Source: Gammaproteobacteria bacterium (GTDB lineage: Bacteria > Pseudomonadota > Gammaproteobacteria > QZLD01). Taken from it: a stretch of DNA of 59,929 nucleotides. A model generated the notes under the pieces. The model was not told where the DNA came from and did not search any database. It saw nothing but the letters and a program-made list of their open reading frames with translations. The position numbers and the translations under genes were made by a program. The stretch is taken from NCBI GenBank assembly GCA_004796365.1, contig QZLE01000201.1, positions 1 to 59,929 of the forward strand, read 5' to 3'. Every line of letters begins with the position of its first letter. The first letter of the stretch is position 1. This document shows positions 8,949 to 21,565 of this stretch, in pieces.

Positions 8949-11900
8949 CTATTTCAAGGTTATCTCGAGCATGGTAGCTAAATCGCGCAAGGTTAGTTCG
9001 GCATCCTGATAATCAAAGCAATGCAATAATTCGATAATTTCATCCGTTTTAGTGGCCTTAGACTCGTCATTAATATGACGCGCTATCTTTACGATTATTC
9101 CCTTAGCATTTGGATCATGATCCTTTATAGCCTGTATAGCCTGCCTGAAATATATCGATGTTTTATAAAGATCATTGACTTCAATAGATTCAGCTTTATC
9201 GCTTACTTCTTGAATATCTTTTTCATCAGCGGCCTTGATCATTTCTTGTTCTGAATTAAGACGTTCTTCAAGCGCATTGACCGTTTTACAGAGAAGGTCC
9301 TTATATTCATGCAGCAAGATAATTGCTGTTTCATGATTGTTATCTTCAAGCGATTTTTGCAACTGATTGCTGACGTCGTAAAGCGAATCAGAGCCAACTG
9401 ATCCAGCCGCACCTTTTACTGAATGAGCGATTCTTATAGCAGCTTTAAAGTCATTTTCCTCAAGTGCTTCACTTATCTGTTCAAAAGAAAGGGAGTATTG
9501 GCTGACAAATTCGCGAGAAATAACATCAAAGATTTTTTTGTTGTTATTAATGCGCTTCATAGCCGCTTCAATATTAAGAATGTTAACCGTTACATTTTCC
9601 GGCTCTGGAATTACTTCGTTATTTAATTCAACCTTTGCCAAATCTTTTTCTGCATCAGGAGCAAGAAACTCGATTAGTTTGGTGTTTAGTTTTTGTAGAT
9701 CAATTGGCTTAACCAAAAATCCATCCATTCCTGCTTGCAGGCATTCATTTTTAACTGACTTCATCGCATCTGCTGTCATTGCGACAATAGGTAGTTCATC
9801 ACTTAGAAAGTCTTCTCTAATAGCCTTGGTGGCATCAATACCATTCATGCGAGGCATTTGGATGTCCATAAATACCAGATCATAGTTATTATCATTAACC
9901 ATATCCACAGCATCAATACCATTGTCTGCAACATCAACATGAAGACCTACTTGTTCCAGTATTTCAATACCAACCTGTTGATTAAAGATGTTATCATCAA
10001 CAAGGAGCACCTTTGAGCCACGTAGCCTTTCTGCCAAAATCTGGTCAGTATAGTTACTTGAAATGGAATCCATACTAACGGAACTGCTTTTGCCACTAAA
10101 TAACAAAGTGACAACATTTACAAACATACTATATGAAAATGGCTTTTGCAGCACACCACTTATGTCACCCTTCAACAAGGCGCTTTCTACCTCATCAACT
10201 CCATTGGCACTCATAATAATAATTGGAATAGACTTTAAGGTTGAATTGCTTTTTAGTAGTTCATTAACAGCAGTCCCTTTCGCGCAACCAATCTTCCAAT
10301 CCAACATTATAAGGTCATATGTTATCCCTTTTGCAGCCTGATCAGTTATATGCTTATTTATGCTGTTCGCAATTCCTTCTTCTGCGCTTTTGCTATCTGT
10401 TTGCTTAGCAAATCCACAGACAACCTGCCCGGCATCAATAGCTTCATATTTCATATTGCAAGCTGTAGCAATATTTCTTATTGATTCCTGTACTGATTGA
10501 TTATCATCGATAACCAGCAACCGTTTATCTTTGCTATCTTCACATAAAGGGGTTGTTGTTTGAGATTCTGCAACTAAAAAAGGAATAGTGAAAATAAATT
10601 TACTCCCTTGACCAGGAGAGCTTTCAACCCAGATTTTTCCCCCCATTAGATCTACCAAATCTTTGCAAATGCTCAAACCAAGGCCTGTGCCACCAAATTT
10701 TCTCGTTGTTGACTGATCAGCCTGTGTAAAGGCAGAAAACAAAGTCTTAATTTTTTCCTTCGGAATACCTATTCCAGTATCAGAAATAATAAATTTTAGT
10801 ATTTGTTGATTACCCATATCCTTATAACGGGAAACATCTAACTTAACCTCGCCATGATGAGTAAATTTAATAGCGTTATTTATCAAATTAATAAGAATTT
10901 GCTCCATGCGGACTGGGTCCCCAATAAGGGTACTAGGAATAGAGTTATCAATATCAAACACAATATCAATATCTTTCTCTAACAGTCTGTTGGAAAACAG
11001 GTTAGCCAAATTATCAGTTATCTTCGGTAGTTCAAACTCAATATTTTCGATATCAAGTTTTCCGGATTCAATCTTGGAGAAATCTAAAATATCATTAATT
11101 ATCTTAAGTAATGACTTGGATGAGTAATTAATTTTATTCAGATAATCCTGTTGTTTAGGGGATAGATCCGTTTTAATGGCAAGCTCTGTAAATCCAATTA
11201 TGGAATTCATCGGCGTTCTAATTTCATGACTCATATTCGCCAAAAATGCACTTTTTGCTTTGGTAGCTGCTTCTGCAGTCTCTTTTTCAAGCCTAAGTTT
11301 TTCTGCTTTTTTTCGCTGAGTTATATTTTCAACCAACCCTTCAATAAAAACTTCATCATGTTCATCATCCTGAACAGCTCGGGCTGTAATTGATACATCG
11401 ACAACATTGTTTGAGCGGTCGTAGATCTGCGCCTCATATCTTCTTATTACCCCATGCTCATTAAGAAGCCCTATCAACTTATCAAGAACTGTTGGTTGTA
11501 CAAAATATGGGCGAACAACAGGTATATTTCTTAAAAGTTCTTCAGGGCTTGGAAAATCCAAAATATCTGCAAAAGCTTTATTAACGGTAATAAATTTTCC
11601 TTCCAAGTTTATCTGGAAAATACCTTCTACAGCATTTTCAATAATTCCTCTGTATCTTAATTCTGAAAGCTTAACCTTTTTATATAACTTTGTAGTATGA
11701 ATTGAGATAGCTGCTTGTGATGCAATAAGGGTCAAAACCTCTACCCTTTCTGATGAAAACACACCAGTAAGCGAATTATTTTCCAGATAAAGTACACCTA
11801 CTGACTGCCCCTGCCTTACAACTGGCAAGCAAAGAACTGAGCTGATTTTATTTGTTTCAAAATACTCATCTTTTATAACATCAACATCTTCTTTGGCATC

Positions 11901-14900
11901 ATCATAAACCACTACATGGCTACTACGCCCAACATAATTTACAAGACTCTTTGGTAGTTGATTGCACTTTTCAAGTTTAAGGGGCAAACGCACATTATCT
12001 TCTCCAGATAATGTTTTATACCCTTCAATTATATATTCCCCTTCATTGTCCAATATTAAAAATGCTTTCTGTGCCCCGGCATTTTCAATAACTATATCAA
12101 GAAGACATTTAATCAGATCATCAAGGTCTGTGTTTCCGGAAATGGTTTGTGACGCCTTTAAAATCGATCTGAAATCGAGTGAGTTATCCTCACGAGCAGC
12201 ATTTTCAGCTTCACTTACAGCGTAGTCCTTTTGGCTATGAATGCTAACATCTTCGAAGTAGAAATATTCCGGATACAGCTCTTTTAGCTGAGTTAGCTTG
12301 GAGGCAGCCCCCCATTTTTTATAGCCATCGTACGCATCCAGTATATACCCCATTGCAAATTTAGTACGTCCCATACCCAAGTAATATTTCGCCGCTAACT
12401 CATTTGCAATTGCTTTTTCTTGCACAAAGTTATTTTCACCTGCATGGTCTATTGCGAGGTCATAATATTCCCGGCATTTTTTATTACCATCAACTCTTAA
12501 TCTTTCAGCCAAAACCAGTTCATACTTATGCAAATAATTCATTGGAGCAGATTCAGCCCATTGCTTAAGAAGCTTTAAATGTTCATCTAGACGAGCATCT
12601 GCCTGCTGCTTCTGGTCTCCAGGAAAATCAGGGTAGTTTTGTAATAGAATCAGTGAATCAGTGAATGTATATTGAGCATTTGTAACGCAAGTAGGCTCAA
12701 GATACCTGTATTTTTCAGCCTCTACAGAAACAGTCAAAGCTTTGTCCATCTCACCAATAACAAAGTAATTAACCACTTTGTGCAAATATTGGCAAAATAA
12801 AAACTGATGTAAATCATGTTGGTCAGCGAGTAACTTAAGATCTTCAGCACAATAATCCCTTTCAGTATGGTCATAGTAACTGCTGCCAACCAAGCACTGA
12901 ACGGATTTATACATAACATCAATATATGAAGCTGTTCTTTCCTGTTTAATCGCGGTTAAACCATTCTGAAAATCAAAAAGCTGATGTTCTAAATCAACAA
13001 GATTCATGCCACTTGCATAGGCCTGAGTTGCATAGTGGTATGCAGCATAGCCGGCAAATTCATTATCGCCGGAATCAAGAAACTGCTGATAACAATTCAA
13101 CAGGACCTTATAGCAGATCTCAAGCTTTGAATTCCAGTGTTTAAGGCTGGTATATACGATGTATTCTACTTTATGGTTCTGGGATGCATTATCAGTTCTG
13201 GGTAGCAGCTTAAGAGCCAAATCTGCAAAGTCGAATGAAATATATAAATCACCTAATGCGTTTATCATGGTGCTATACGAGGCAAATGCCATCGGAGTTT
13301 GCGGTGCAAATCCGTATCGCAGTGACAACTCTACCCGGCGTGCAACAGTTAATTTATGTAACTCAGGATGGGTTACTATAATTACCCCTGCCAACGCAGT
13401 AAGAACTCTAAGTGCCGATAACTTAATCTCATCAACCATATCCGGCATATCTGCCAACTCATCTAGCTTGCGGTCACCAATTATTTCATTGATTTTTTCT
13501 TTAGACTTCATCACATGATTCTGCGTAGGTTTTGCAGGAAAATCTTCCCCCATATCTTTAAGCACTTCCAACGCAAAATCTTCAGCCAGTTGCATCTCAT
13601 CCTGGGCAATACATGCCTGCAACTTGAGCTCATATATTTTCAATTTATCCTTCAGTGTTTTGGCATTCTTTAAAACAACCTCTGCAAAGAAATCCTGCAA
13701 TACAAAATTGGCATTAACATTTGCAGCTTCAGCTGCATTTGCATAGAGCTGGTAGGTTTTATCATAATCACCTTTCCAGCAATCTTTTCCCAAGAGTTTG
13801 ATTCCAGTTTTAAAATAATTTAATGCAAGCTCGTATGCAGATGTACTATTTGCTTTTTTACCAGCCAAGAGGTTAAGTTCTGACAAATATTCTATTTGTT
13901 CTTTTGAAACCAGCAATTCATGACATTTATTTAGATGATCAACTACTTTAAAAACATTGTCTTTCAGTTGCTCATCTGAATAGCTATCCAGCAATAATTT
14001 ACCAAGACGACAATGTATTTTCGAAAGCTGCTCATCATTAGCTAGTGAATAACAAACCTGTTGTATTCTGTCATGCACAAACTTTAAATATATATTTGAG
14101 CCACTAAACTTGGTTTCTAGGACACTAGTATCTGTTAGATTTGTTCCTGGAATTGAAACAACCATATTGTCAGCGATAGCATCGTATAACTGCTCGGTAA
14201 TTTTCTTGGGATCATCGTCTGTTAGTTCAGCCAGGGTGAAAATATCAAATGAACCGCCAACACATGAAGCAATCATTAAGACATTTCTGGTAGCATGGGG
14301 CAATTTATCTAACTTCGATAGCAGAAGATCGACTACATTTTCAGATATTTGATGCTCTACTATATTCTTAAGGCTCCATCCCCAACTACCTGTTTCAGTA
14401 CAAAAATTGATCAGCTTCTTGTCATATAACATCTGCAGCAGTTCTTCGATAAAAAATGGATTTCCAGATGTTTTCTGATTTACAAGTTTTGCTAGCTCCG
14501 ACACTTTAGATTCTTCATGATGCAGTGAGTCAGCACACAGCCAGTTTATGCTTTCCTGATCAAGTGGAGGTAATGATACTTCTGCTGGCAAAACACCGTT
14601 TTCCTTGATGTTATTAATCATCGTGATAAGTCTATGAGTGGAATCAACCTCATTATCACGATATGCCCCAATAACAAACAAGTATCCTAATTTTTCATCA
14701 TGCATCATAAGTTCTAATAAGTTGCATGACGCTGGATCAATCCACTGCAGATCATCAATAAAAATCACTAATGGATGTTCACTTTGACAAAAGACCCTAA
14801 TAAAACGTTGGAATAGTAGCTTAAACCTCTTGTTCATAGAGACTGAATCTAGTGGCTCAGCCTGCGGTTGTTTTCCGATAATAAGCTCTAGCTCAGGAAT

Positions 14901-16148
14901 AACATCAACGATAACCTGCCCTTCATCACCAAGCGCATCATCAAGCTTATGGCGCCAATGCTGTAGACGAGATTTATCTTCACTCAAAATAAACTGAAAT
15001 AGTTGACGAAACGCATTTACTATCGCGCTGTAAGGAATGTCTCGCTGATATTGATCAAACTTGCCAGTAACAAAATAGCCCTTGCTTTCAGTAATTGGCT
15101 CATATAATTTTTTAATTAATGAAGTTTTGCCAATCCCAGAGTATCCAGACACAAAAAATAGTTCTTTCGCACCTGATTTAACCTGAAAATAATGTTTTAA
15201 TAAGGCGCTTATTTCATATTCTCGTCCATAAAGTTTTCTGGACAAATGAAATTTTTCTGAAACGTCGTGTTCGGCAATTTTAAAATTCGGAATACTGCTT
15301 CTATTTTCAAGAAATTCTAAACATTTCTCTAGATCTTTCCTCACACCATATGCACTTTGATATCTGTCATCGGCATTTTTTTCTAATAACTTATCAATAA
15401 TTTTTGATAAAGCCATTGGAACATCAGGGTCGACTTTTACTAAAGGTTCAGGCCTTTTTGCCAGGTGCTGATGGATTAACTCCATACTATCTATCGAAGC
15501 AAATGGTGTTCTACCGCCAAGACAGTGATATAAAGTAACTCCTAAGGAATAAAAATCACTCCGATAATCTAAAATACTATTGGTTCTACCAGTCTGCTCT
15601 GGTGAAATATAAGATAAATCAAGCTGAAGACTTTCAGGGCTACAAAGTTGAATGACCTCTTTCTTTCCATGTGTTTTAACAGTAGAGGCATCAGCAAAGC
15701 CAACAAGGTTTATATCCAGCGTTTCTTTCTCTATAAGAATATTCTGTGGGCAAATTACTTTGTGTATAACATCAAGTTTATGAACATCATCCAAGGCTTT
15801 GCATAGTTTAATAAAGATATGCAATAAGTCTTTAAGAGGTATTTTTTTATTATCCTGAATATAGTCAAGCAATGATTCAGTTGCAAAGTGCGGGTACACA
15901 ATTACCGGATAGGCACCTTCACAAAGTTTAACCGGAACGTTTATATAATCGTTGCCTAATGAGGATGTGACATAATATTCATGATGAAGTCTATTGAATG
16001 CATTATCGTAATCGGCCCCACTCAAATCATCATTTATCGTCTTCAGGGTAACCTCATCGCCATTATCAATGCACGTTCCTCTATATATAGAGCATCTAGC
16101 GCCCTGATATAGTTGTTCCTTTACTTCATACCCTGCAATAGAAAGCAT
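8949..16148 (-). CDS. Multidomain sensor: Ser/Thr kinase-like domain, AAA/STAND ATPase, TPR-like region, GAF, PAS, HisKA, HATPase, 2 REC, Hpt
   Basis: [17 protein letters not shown]; P-loop GYSGIGKT; Walker [10 protein letters not shown]; GAF LCLPV; H-box MSHEIRTP; G-boxes DTGIG and GGTGLGL; DWK and DIQMP receivers; HSVKG Hpt. Confidence 0.92.
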   Translation of the reverse strand: MLSIAGYEVKEQLYQGARCSIYRGTCIDNGDEVTLKTINDDLSGADYDNAFNRLHHEYYVTSSLGNDYINVPVKLCEGAYPVIVYPHFATESLLDYIQDNKKIPLKDLLHIFIKLCKALDDVHKLDVIHKVICPQNILIEKETLDINLVGFADASTVKTHGKKEVIQLCSPESLQLDLSYISPEQTGRTNSILDYRSDFYSLGVTLYHCLGGRTPFASIDSMELIHQHLAKRPEPLVKVDPDVPMALSKIIDKLLEKNADDRYQSAYGVRKDLEKCLEFLENRSSIPNFKIAEHDVSEKFHLSRKLYGREYEISALLKHYFQVKSGAKELFFVSGYSGIGKTSLIKKLYEPITESKGYFVTGKFDQYQRDIPYSAIVNAFRQLFQFILSEDKSRLQHWRHKLDDALGDEGQVIVDVIPELELIIGKQPQAEPLDSVSMNKRFKLLFQRFIRVFCQSEHPLVIFIDDLQWIDPASCNLLELMMHDEKLGYLFVIGAYRDNEVDSTHRLITMINNIKENGVLPAEVSLPPLDQESINWLCADSLHHEESKVSELAKLVNQKTSGNPFFIEELLQMLYDKKLINFCTETGSWGWSLKNIVEHQISENVVDLLLSKLDKLPHATRNVLMIASCVGGSFDIFTLAELTDDDPKKITEQLYDAIADNMVVSIPGTNLTDTSVLETKFSGSNIYLKFVHDRIQQVCYSLANDEQLSKIHCRLGKLLLDSYSDEQLKDNVFKVVDHLNKCHELLVSKEQIEYLSELNLLAGKKANSTSAYELALNYFKTGIKLLGKDCWKGDYDKTYQLYANAAEAANVNANFVLQDFFAEVVLKNAKTLKDKLKIYELKLQACIAQDEMQLAEDFALEVLKDMGEDFPAKPTQNHVMKSKEKINEIIGDRKLDELADMPDMVDEIKLSALRVLTALAGVIIVTHPELHKLTVARRVELSLRYGFAPQTPMAFASYSTMINALGDLYISFDFADLALKLLPRTDNASQNHKVEYIVYTSLKHWNSKLEICYKVLLNCYQQFLDSGDNEFAGYAAYHYATQAYASGMNLVDLEHQLFDFQNGLTAIKQERTASYIDVMYKSVQCLVGSSYYDHTERDYCAEDLKLLADQHDLHQFLFCQYLHKVVNYFVIGEMDKALTVSVEAEKYRYLEPTCVTNAQYTFTDSLILLQNYPDFPGDQKQQADARLDEHLKLLKQWAESAPMNYLHKYELVLAERLRVDGNKKCREYYDLAIDHAGENNFVQEKAIANELAAKYYLGMGRTKFAMGYILDAYDGYKKWGAASKLTQLKELYPEYFYFEDVSIHSQKDYAVSEAENAAREDNSLDFRSILKASQTISGNTDLDDLIKCLLDIVIENAGAQKAFLILDNEGEYIIEGYKTLSGEDNVRLPLKLEKCNQLPKSLVNYVGRSSHVVVYDDAKEDVDVIKDEYFETNKISSVLCLPVVRQGQSVGVLYLENNSLTGVFSSERVEVLTLIASQAAISIHTTKLYKKVKLSELRYRGIIENAVEGIFQINLEGKFITVNKAFADILDFPSPEELLRNIPVVRPYFVQPTVLDKLIGLLNEHGVIRRYEAQIYDRSNNVVDVSITARAVQDDEHDEVFIEGLVENITQRKKAEKLRLEKETAEAATKAKSAFLANMSHEIRTPMNSIIGFTELAIKTDLSPKQQDYLNKINYSSKSLLKIINDILDFSKIESGKLDIENIEFELPKITDNLANLFSNRLLEKDIDIVFDIDNSIPSTLIGDPVRMEQILINLINNAIKFTHHGEVKLDVSRYKDMGNQQILKFIISDTGIGIPKEKIKTLFSAFTQADQSTTRKFGGTGLGLSICKDLVDLMGGKIWVESSPGQGSKFIFTIPFLVAESQTTTPLCEDSKDKRLLVIDDNQSVQESIRNIATACNMKYEAIDAGQVVCGFAKQTDSKSAEEGIANSINKHITDQAAKGITYDLIMLDWKIGCAKGTAVNELLKSNSTLKSIPIIIMSANGVDEVESALLKGDISGVLQKPFSYSMFVNVVTLLFSGKSSSVSMDSISSNYTDQILAERLRGSKVLLVDDNIFNQQVGIEILEQVGLHVDVADNGIDAVDMVNDNNYDLVFMDIQMPRMNGIDATKAIREDFLSDELPIVAMTADAMKSVKNECLQAGMDGFLVKPIDLQKLNTKLIEFLAPDAEKDLAKVELNNEVIPEPENVTVNILNIEAAMKRINNNKKIFDVISREFVSQYSLSFEQISEALEENDFKAAIRIAHSVKGAAGSVGSDSLYDVSNQLQKSLEDNNHETAIILLHEYKDLLCKTVNALEERLNSEQEMIKAADEKDIQEVSDKAESIEVNDLYKTSIYFRQAIQAIKDHDPNAKGIIVKIARHINDESKATKTDEIIELLHCFDYQDAELTLRDLATMLEITLK

Positions 16149-16507
16149 AAACTTCTTCTAAATAATATTAGTTACAAAAACCCCTTCTAAAAGAATAGCT
16201 TCAGCCGCCAGATTATCAAACTTCTTATGCCAAGCAGGTCAAATTTTGAAACTTTTTAGTATCTATAAACTTTTATTACAGCGCTTTGTAAAAAAAACAT
16301 AATATTTTTCGTTAAAACAAAGCTTTACTTTGGGAGCTTTTAGTTTAAACTAGAAGCGCTGGTAAAGATTACAGCAGTTATTTATGTCCTAGCAAATTAG
16401 ATACACCTCATTATCTCCATTGTTTGTTCGTAAGTAATCAGTTCTTCTTTCCGCAAAAAGCAAACATTCAAGTTTGTGACGATTTTTACATTAATTGGAG
16501 ATTACAT

Positions 16508-16714
16508 ATGGCAAGTGCTACTGGAAAAGTTAAATGGTTCGATGAGAAGAAAGGCTTTGGTTTTATTGAAAGAGATGGCGGCAGTGACGTTTTTGTTCAC
16601 TTTAGAGCAATTAGCGGCAATGGTTTTAAAACTCTTGCAGAAGGCCAACAAGTTGAATTTGATATTGAAGACGGAGCTAAAGGTCCTCAGGCCTTAAATG
16701 TTACTATTCTTTAA
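16508..16714 (+). CDS. Cold-shock protein (CspA family)
   Basis: RNP1 KGFGFI and RNP2 VFVHF. The true start is probably ATG 16508 after GGAG, not the 16424 ORF start. Confidence 0.95.
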   Translation: MASATGKVKWFDEKKGFGFIERDGGSDVFVHFRAISGNGFKTLAEGQQVEFDIEDGAKGPQALNVTIL

Positions 16715-16734
16715 TGAGCTTGTAGCTTAAAAAC

Positions 16735-16762
16735 AAAAAAGGCCGCACTTGCGGCCTTTTTT
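16735..16762. terminator. Bidirectional terminator between csp and tpx
   Basis: AAAAAAGGCCGC-actt-GCGGCCTTTTTT. Confidence 0.92.
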
Positions 16763-16787
16763 GTACATTTCTACAACACGAAACCGA

Positions 16788-17285
16788 TTATATAACCGCC
16801 AAAGCTGCATCGTAATCAGGCTCCTGGGTAATTTCCGGAACCTGCTCGGTATATTTAACATCACCATCTGCCCCGACCACGACTACAGCTCTGGACATCA
16901 TACCAGCAAGTGGACCAGATACCATTTCCACTCCATAATCTTCACCAAATGTAGCATTGCCAATTGTAGAAGCGGAAACTACATCTTCAAGTCCTTCAGC
17001 TCCACAAAAGCGAGAATGGGCAAACGGTAGATCAGCACTAATGCATACTACTGCGGTATTTTCATTTGCCGAAGCAGCGGTATTAAATCTTCGAACAGAA
17101 ACCGCGCACACATCAGTATCAATACTTGGGAAAATATTAAGAACAACTGTTTTACCAGCATAATCTGATAGTTTAACTTCTGATAGGTCAGTTCCCTTCA
17201 ATGTGAGCTCTGGAGCTTTTGATCCGACTGCGGGAAGTTCGCCAACAGTCTCTATTGGATTACCTTTAAGTGTTATTGATGCCAT
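16788..17285 (-). CDS. tpx: Thiol peroxidase (atypical 2-Cys peroxiredoxin)
   Basis: FPSIDTDVC, SADLPFA..RFC, RAVVV, EPDY motifs. Confidence 0.96.
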   Translation of the reverse strand: MASITLKGNPIETVGELPAVGSKAPELTLKGTDLSEVKLSDYAGKTVVLNIFPSIDTDVCAVSVRRFNTAASANENTAVVCISADLPFAHSRFCGAEGLEDVVSASTIGNATFGEDYGVEMVSGPLAGMMSRAVVVVGADGDVKYTEQVPEITQEPDYDAALAVI

Positions 17286-17506
17286 GCCTTAGTATCCTTT
17301 ATATTTGAGTTAATTTTTCTAGAAGTTGATTTGATTCTAGCATGCCCAAATAACTTTAAAAGCCATTTCCGACTATTTTAGTCAACTTTTTTTAGATCAT
17401 AGCAATCGGTTTAATTGAATAACGGTTTTTATTTATTATTACAATATGTTACAAACTATTGTAATAATAAGACAAACTCAAACTGAACGGATATGTGGGA
17501 TAGGAA

Positions 17507-19804
17507 TCAAATTTCGTGAACGCTATCAGGAGGAAGCCATTTCTCTAACATCTCTTTAAGAGACTCTGGCTTAAAAGGTTTGGCAAGATAGTCGTCCATT
17601 CCCGACTCGATACATTTTTCCCTATCACCTTCCATTGCATTTGCTGTCAGGGCGATAATTGTTGTTTTACTTTTGTCCCCATCGATGTTTCTAACAGATG
17701 CCGTAGCCTCAAATCCACTCATCTCCGGCATCTGGCAATCCATCAATACAAGATCATAGTCATTGGCGCATACATTGTCATAAGCTTCACGTCCATTATT
17801 AGCTATATCTGCATCTACCCCAAGTTTCAATAGCATTCCCAGCGCAACTTGTTGATTCACCAGATTATCTTCAGCAAGCAAAATCTTAGCTTTTCTTCCT
17901 AATGATTGCATTTTCTTTTGAGTTTGGGTTGGTGCGGCAACGCCTGACTCCTCCAGCCCAAGTGCTTTTTGCACCTCATAGTAAAGGTTTTGCTTCCGAA
18001 GCGGTTTAAATATACTTCTTCCAAAGTCTATCTCTTGCTTGCTCTGGTTTGCTGCTGTACGCGAAACAAACAGCAGTTTAGGGGTATCAGTAACTTCCTC
18101 CAAAGGTTGAAGTAGTTTTGGGTCGGCGTTATGCAAGATACTATCGTCCACAAAAATCATATCGTACTTATCACTATCAAGTGACTTTTCAAGCATTTCG
18201 AGAGAATGTACGTAATCGATATCAACCTCCCATTCTTCAAAATATTTTGATGTTATCTCTTCTACTACCCCTTTTGAAGAAATGAGTAGCGCTTGCTTCC
18301 CTTTTAATTCTTCATTTATTTCAGCTTCTTTGCTTTGCTCATCCTTTCCAACAATTATGTTGAAGATAAAATTACTACCTTCGCCTAATTCCGACTCTAC
18401 ATGAATATCTCCACCCATTTCCTGAACTAAAAGCTTACTAATAGCAAGCCCAAGTCCTGTTCCACCAAACTTTCTGGTAGTAGAGTCATCCGCCTGGGTA
18501 AATAACTTAAAAATATTGTCATGTTGTTCTTTTGGTACCCCGATACCAGTATCAATAACTTGACACCTTATTTCATACCCATCATCAGTTTCGCTAATAA
18601 GATCAAGCTCAATTTTCACATATCCATGGGATGTAAATTTAATTGCATTCCCAGTTAGGTTAGTAACTATCTGTCTGAAACGCGTGGTATCACCCAAGAT
18701 GAGGCCAGGGACCCTTTTGTCTATTTTTACACCAAGCTCCAATCCTTTAGATACGGCTCTTTCCGAAAGAATTTCCGCAACCTCTTCCACGGCCTGTGAA
18801 ATTGAAAATGATCTTTTTTCCAGAACCATTTTACCAGCTTCAATTTTGGAAAAATCAAGGATATCGTTAAGGATCTCAAGAAGGGTTTCCCCTGAATTAT
18901 TGGCAATTGTAAGTAGTTCTCTTTGTTCATCTGAAAGATCAGAATCCAATGCCAAAGCTAACATGCCTAGCACACCGTTCATTGGCGTTCGTATCTCGTG
19001 GCTCATATTGGCTAGAAATGCACTCTTGGCCTCATTAGCTGATTCTGCTGCTATTTTGGCATCCTGAAGTTCTAGCTGAGTATTTTTAAGTTGGGTAATA
19101 TCCGCGCCATAGGCACGGGTTACAAATGTTTCCATCATGTAATGAAAGTGCCACAAAAACCATTTACCGTCGATATTACTTTCTACATCTAATATTGGCT
19201 CCATATTTGTGCTGCACTCTTCAATTATTTCCATAAAGTTTTCAGGAAATACATTCGGCACGCCAAAATCATCATACCCGTACTCAACCAAAAGGTCGGT
19301 CATAGCAGGATTTACATAACGCATTGCTCCGGTTTCATCCATCTCTGCAATTGGCGATGGGTGCAATTCTGCAAATGAAACAAGCTGCTCAGATTCTTCC
19401 TTGCTATATTCCTGTGAGGATACATCATTGAAAATAATGACATAAAATTGGACGCTATCACCACCAATAGTAAACGGAATAATTCTGTAATCTACCCTAA
19501 TAAATAGTCCATCTTCTTTAATCCACACCGATTCCTTTGATTCTTCATGATCAGCCACATCGTCGACGTTAAATGGGCATGAATCTGGCTCATGCAGTTC
19601 ATCAATACCATCGGTACAAAGAAGCTCATGAATATTATTTCCTTTAACCTTTATTATTTTCCAACCTAATAATTGCTCGGCCTTAGGGTTCATATTCATG
19701 ATATCACCTTCAAGGGACATCAAAATCACACCATCAGGCCACTGGCTGATGATCATCTCAGCATCGTATTCGCTAATAGATTTACTTATTTGACCTGCTG
19801 CCAT
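17507..19804 (-). CDS. Hybrid histidine kinase PAS-PAS-HisKA-HATPase-REC(degenerate)-REC
   Basis: Two PAS-like repeats; MSHEIRTP; DTGIG/GGTGLGL; terminal receiver EDN..DCQMP..KPF. The first receiver lacks the acidic pair (LISS). Confidence 0.92.
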   Translation of the reverse strand: MAAGQISKSISEYDAEMIISQWPDGVILMSLEGDIMNMNPKAEQLLGWKIIKVKGNNIHELLCTDGIDELHEPDSCPFNVDDVADHEESKESVWIKEDGLFIRVDYRIIPFTIGGDSVQFYVIIFNDVSSQEYSKEESEQLVSFAELHPSPIAEMDETGAMRYVNPAMTDLLVEYGYDDFGVPNVFPENFMEIIEECSTNMEPILDVESNIDGKWFLWHFHYMMETFVTRAYGADITQLKNTQLELQDAKIAAESANEAKSAFLANMSHEIRTPMNGVLGMLALALDSDLSDEQRELLTIANNSGETLLEILNDILDFSKIEAGKMVLEKRSFSISQAVEEVAEILSERAVSKGLELGVKIDKRVPGLILGDTTRFRQIVTNLTGNAIKFTSHGYVKIELDLISETDDGYEIRCQVIDTGIGVPKEQHDNIFKLFTQADDSTTRKFGGTGLGLAISKLLVQEMGGDIHVESELGEGSNFIFNIIVGKDEQSKEAEINEELKGKQALLISSKGVVEEITSKYFEEWEVDIDYVHSLEMLEKSLDSDKYDMIFVDDSILHNADPKLLQPLEEVTDTPKLLFVSRTAANQSKQEIDFGRSIFKPLRKQNLYYEVQKALGLEESGVAAPTQTQKKMQSLGRKAKILLAEDNLVNQQVALGMLLKLGVDADIANNGREAYDNVCANDYDLVLMDCQMPEMSGFEATASVRNIDGDKSKTTIIALTANAMEGDREKCIESGMDDYLAKPFKPESLKEMLEKWLPPDSVHEI

Positions 19805-19810
19805 TGAAGA

Positions 19811-21001
19811 TTAACCCTCCCCCTCATCCATTTTGAGAATTTTAAATGGATCTATGCCTTCTGCATTAGGGTCTATTATCCCTTCAATTTTTCTTGAATC
19901 ATCTCCTTCTTGTGCAGCAAGGTTTACAATTATGGGCTTTATTAAGGGTTTTATACTTGGGTCATAACAAATTTTAACCGTCGGGTTCACTGGAGATTTT
20001 CTATTCATCTCAATTACAATGCCGCGTTCACCGGTATTTAGCTGAACCGCGCTAGTTAAGGGGTATACCCCTAAAACATGTACCAAAGGCACAATGATTT
20101 TATTGTCAATCTTCCCTTCCTGTGAAGCTTTATATAAAACTTTTAGGGCTGCATTAGGCGTTCTACCCTGATACCCCATAAATCCATGCACCATCGCATC
20201 ATAATAATCAACAACGCATAAAATATGCGCTAATTCAGATATCTGATCACCTTTCAGTTTATGTGGGTAGCCAGTTCCATCAAGAAACTCATGATGCTCT
20301 TTTATTATCCGTATAACTTCTTCCGGTAAGTCTTCGCTTTTTTTAGTGATAGTTTCACTAAATATTGGATGTTGATGCACAAGTTTTAATTCTTTTTCTG
20401 TATATGGCTTATCTTTTGAAACAAGGTTGGCCGGCATACGCACCCACCCAACGTCATACATCATCGCGGCCATACCCAGAAGTTCAATCTCTTCATACGA
20501 ATACTTCAAACGATTCGCAACAGCTGTAGCCAAGCTAAGTACACTAAATGCATGTGAAAGCAAAACTTGTCCATGTCGCTTCATATGCATTAACGTCAAC
20601 AAGGCTTGGTCATTTCTGGTTAAACTTTCAAAGGTTTGATTTACAACCGGAGTCAACATCTTAGCTTCAACAGGTTGGTCCTGCAGCGCCATATCCATAA
20701 CTTTATTTATTGTCTCTTTAGCCTTCTCTTGAACCTTTTGCGCAACCTGAAGTTCTTGTTTAAGCTCTTTAGATGGTCCAGAAACAATACCTGCTGCTGA
20801 TGCAACTGGCTTTTCCTCTTTTGATTTAGAATCATCAACATATACAGTTTTAATTTGCGCTTTAATCAATCTGGCAATATCTGATTTGCTTTTAATATGA
20901 AAATTTTGAAAGGACTGAGGCAAAGAGAGGGATTCTGAGCTTACCTTGACGACAAACATCCCTGGTTTTAAATCTGTAGTGTGAATCTTTCTGACTGACA
21001 T
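19811..21001 (-). CDS. HD-GYP domain protein with N-terminal DUF3391-like region; HD motif altered
   Basis: LKPGMFV N-terminus; HHEFLDGTGYP; VVDYYDAM; YDVG at the expected HDIG position. Confidence 0.85.
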   Translation of the reverse strand: MSVRKIHTTDLKPGMFVVKVSSESLSLPQSFQNFHIKSKSDIARLIKAQIKTVYVDDSKSKEEKPVASAAGIVSGPSKELKQELQVAQKVQEKAKETINKVMDMALQDQPVEAKMLTPVVNQTFESLTRNDQALLTLMHMKRHGQVLLSHAFSVLSLATAVANRLKYSYEEIELLGMAAMMYDVGWVRMPANLVSKDKPYTEKELKLVHQHPIFSETITKKSEDLPEEVIRIIKEHHEFLDGTGYPHKLKGDQISELAHILCVVDYYDAMVHGFMGYQGRTPNAALKVLYKASQEGKIDNKIIVPLVHVLGVYPLTSAVQLNTGERGIVIEMNRKSPVNPTVKICYDPSIKPLIKPIIVNLAAQEGDDSRKIEGIIDPNAEGIDPFKILKMDEGEG

Positions 21002-21196
21002 AGAATTCCTTTCGGTTGATACCTTAAAACTAGTTCAAGCAGTTTATAAATTCTAATTTATTAGTTTGAAATGGGAACTATGTCATATATCATAATTTTA
21101 TGAATAGATTTAGAATGTTAGATAAAATCATCAACATTATTTCAATAAAGGAATAGTAATCTTGATATTGAGTTATAATGACCCCTTATTCAACAA

Positions 21197-21508
21197 TTGA
21201 ATTACGCAATGAATCAGACTTTTACAACCATAAAAAACAAGCTTATTGAGTATTCTAAGGTCGTATTTAGCTTTATCCTGGCGCTGGGGATAGTGTTATT
21301 TTATGGCTTTATAATCTATTATTTAATTGATGTTGTTTGGCCCGGCCTTCCTGACTGGGGAAAAGCGATAGGTTATATATTGCTAGCTGTATTGGTAATC
21401 AGCTCACCAATCATGTGGTATTTGCCGCGAGCCAGGAAACAGTTAGCAGAGAAAAGAAAGCGCTTAGCCGATAAAAGACATGACAGCAAAAGTAAGCAGC
21501 TAAAATAA
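21197..21508 (+). CDS. Small two-TM membrane protein, hypothetical
   Basis: Two hydrophobic helices and a basic C-terminal tail. The start may be the second ATG (21209). Confidence 0.6.
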   Translation: MNYAMNQTFTTIKNKLIEYSKVVFSFILALGIVLFYGFIIYYLIDVVWPGLPDWGKAIGYILLAVLVISSPIMWYLPRARKQLAEKRKRLADKRHDSKSKQLK

Positions 21509-21565
21509 CAGCGGAATATGCTGTTTGTTATGCTGGAATTAAAATAGTGCGGAAAAAGGGATAGT

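Noticed and set aside
9423-14352. Many 60-120-aa plus-strand ORFs opposite the large kinase (also 18684..19067, 24809..26156, 29852..32451)
   Set aside because: Typical antisense shadows of conserved HK/REC coding sequence.
16424-16507. N-terminal extension of the cold-shock ORF
   Set aside because: A GGAG RBS precedes ATG 16508 and gives a canonical 68-aa Csp; the upstream part is likely 5' UTR.
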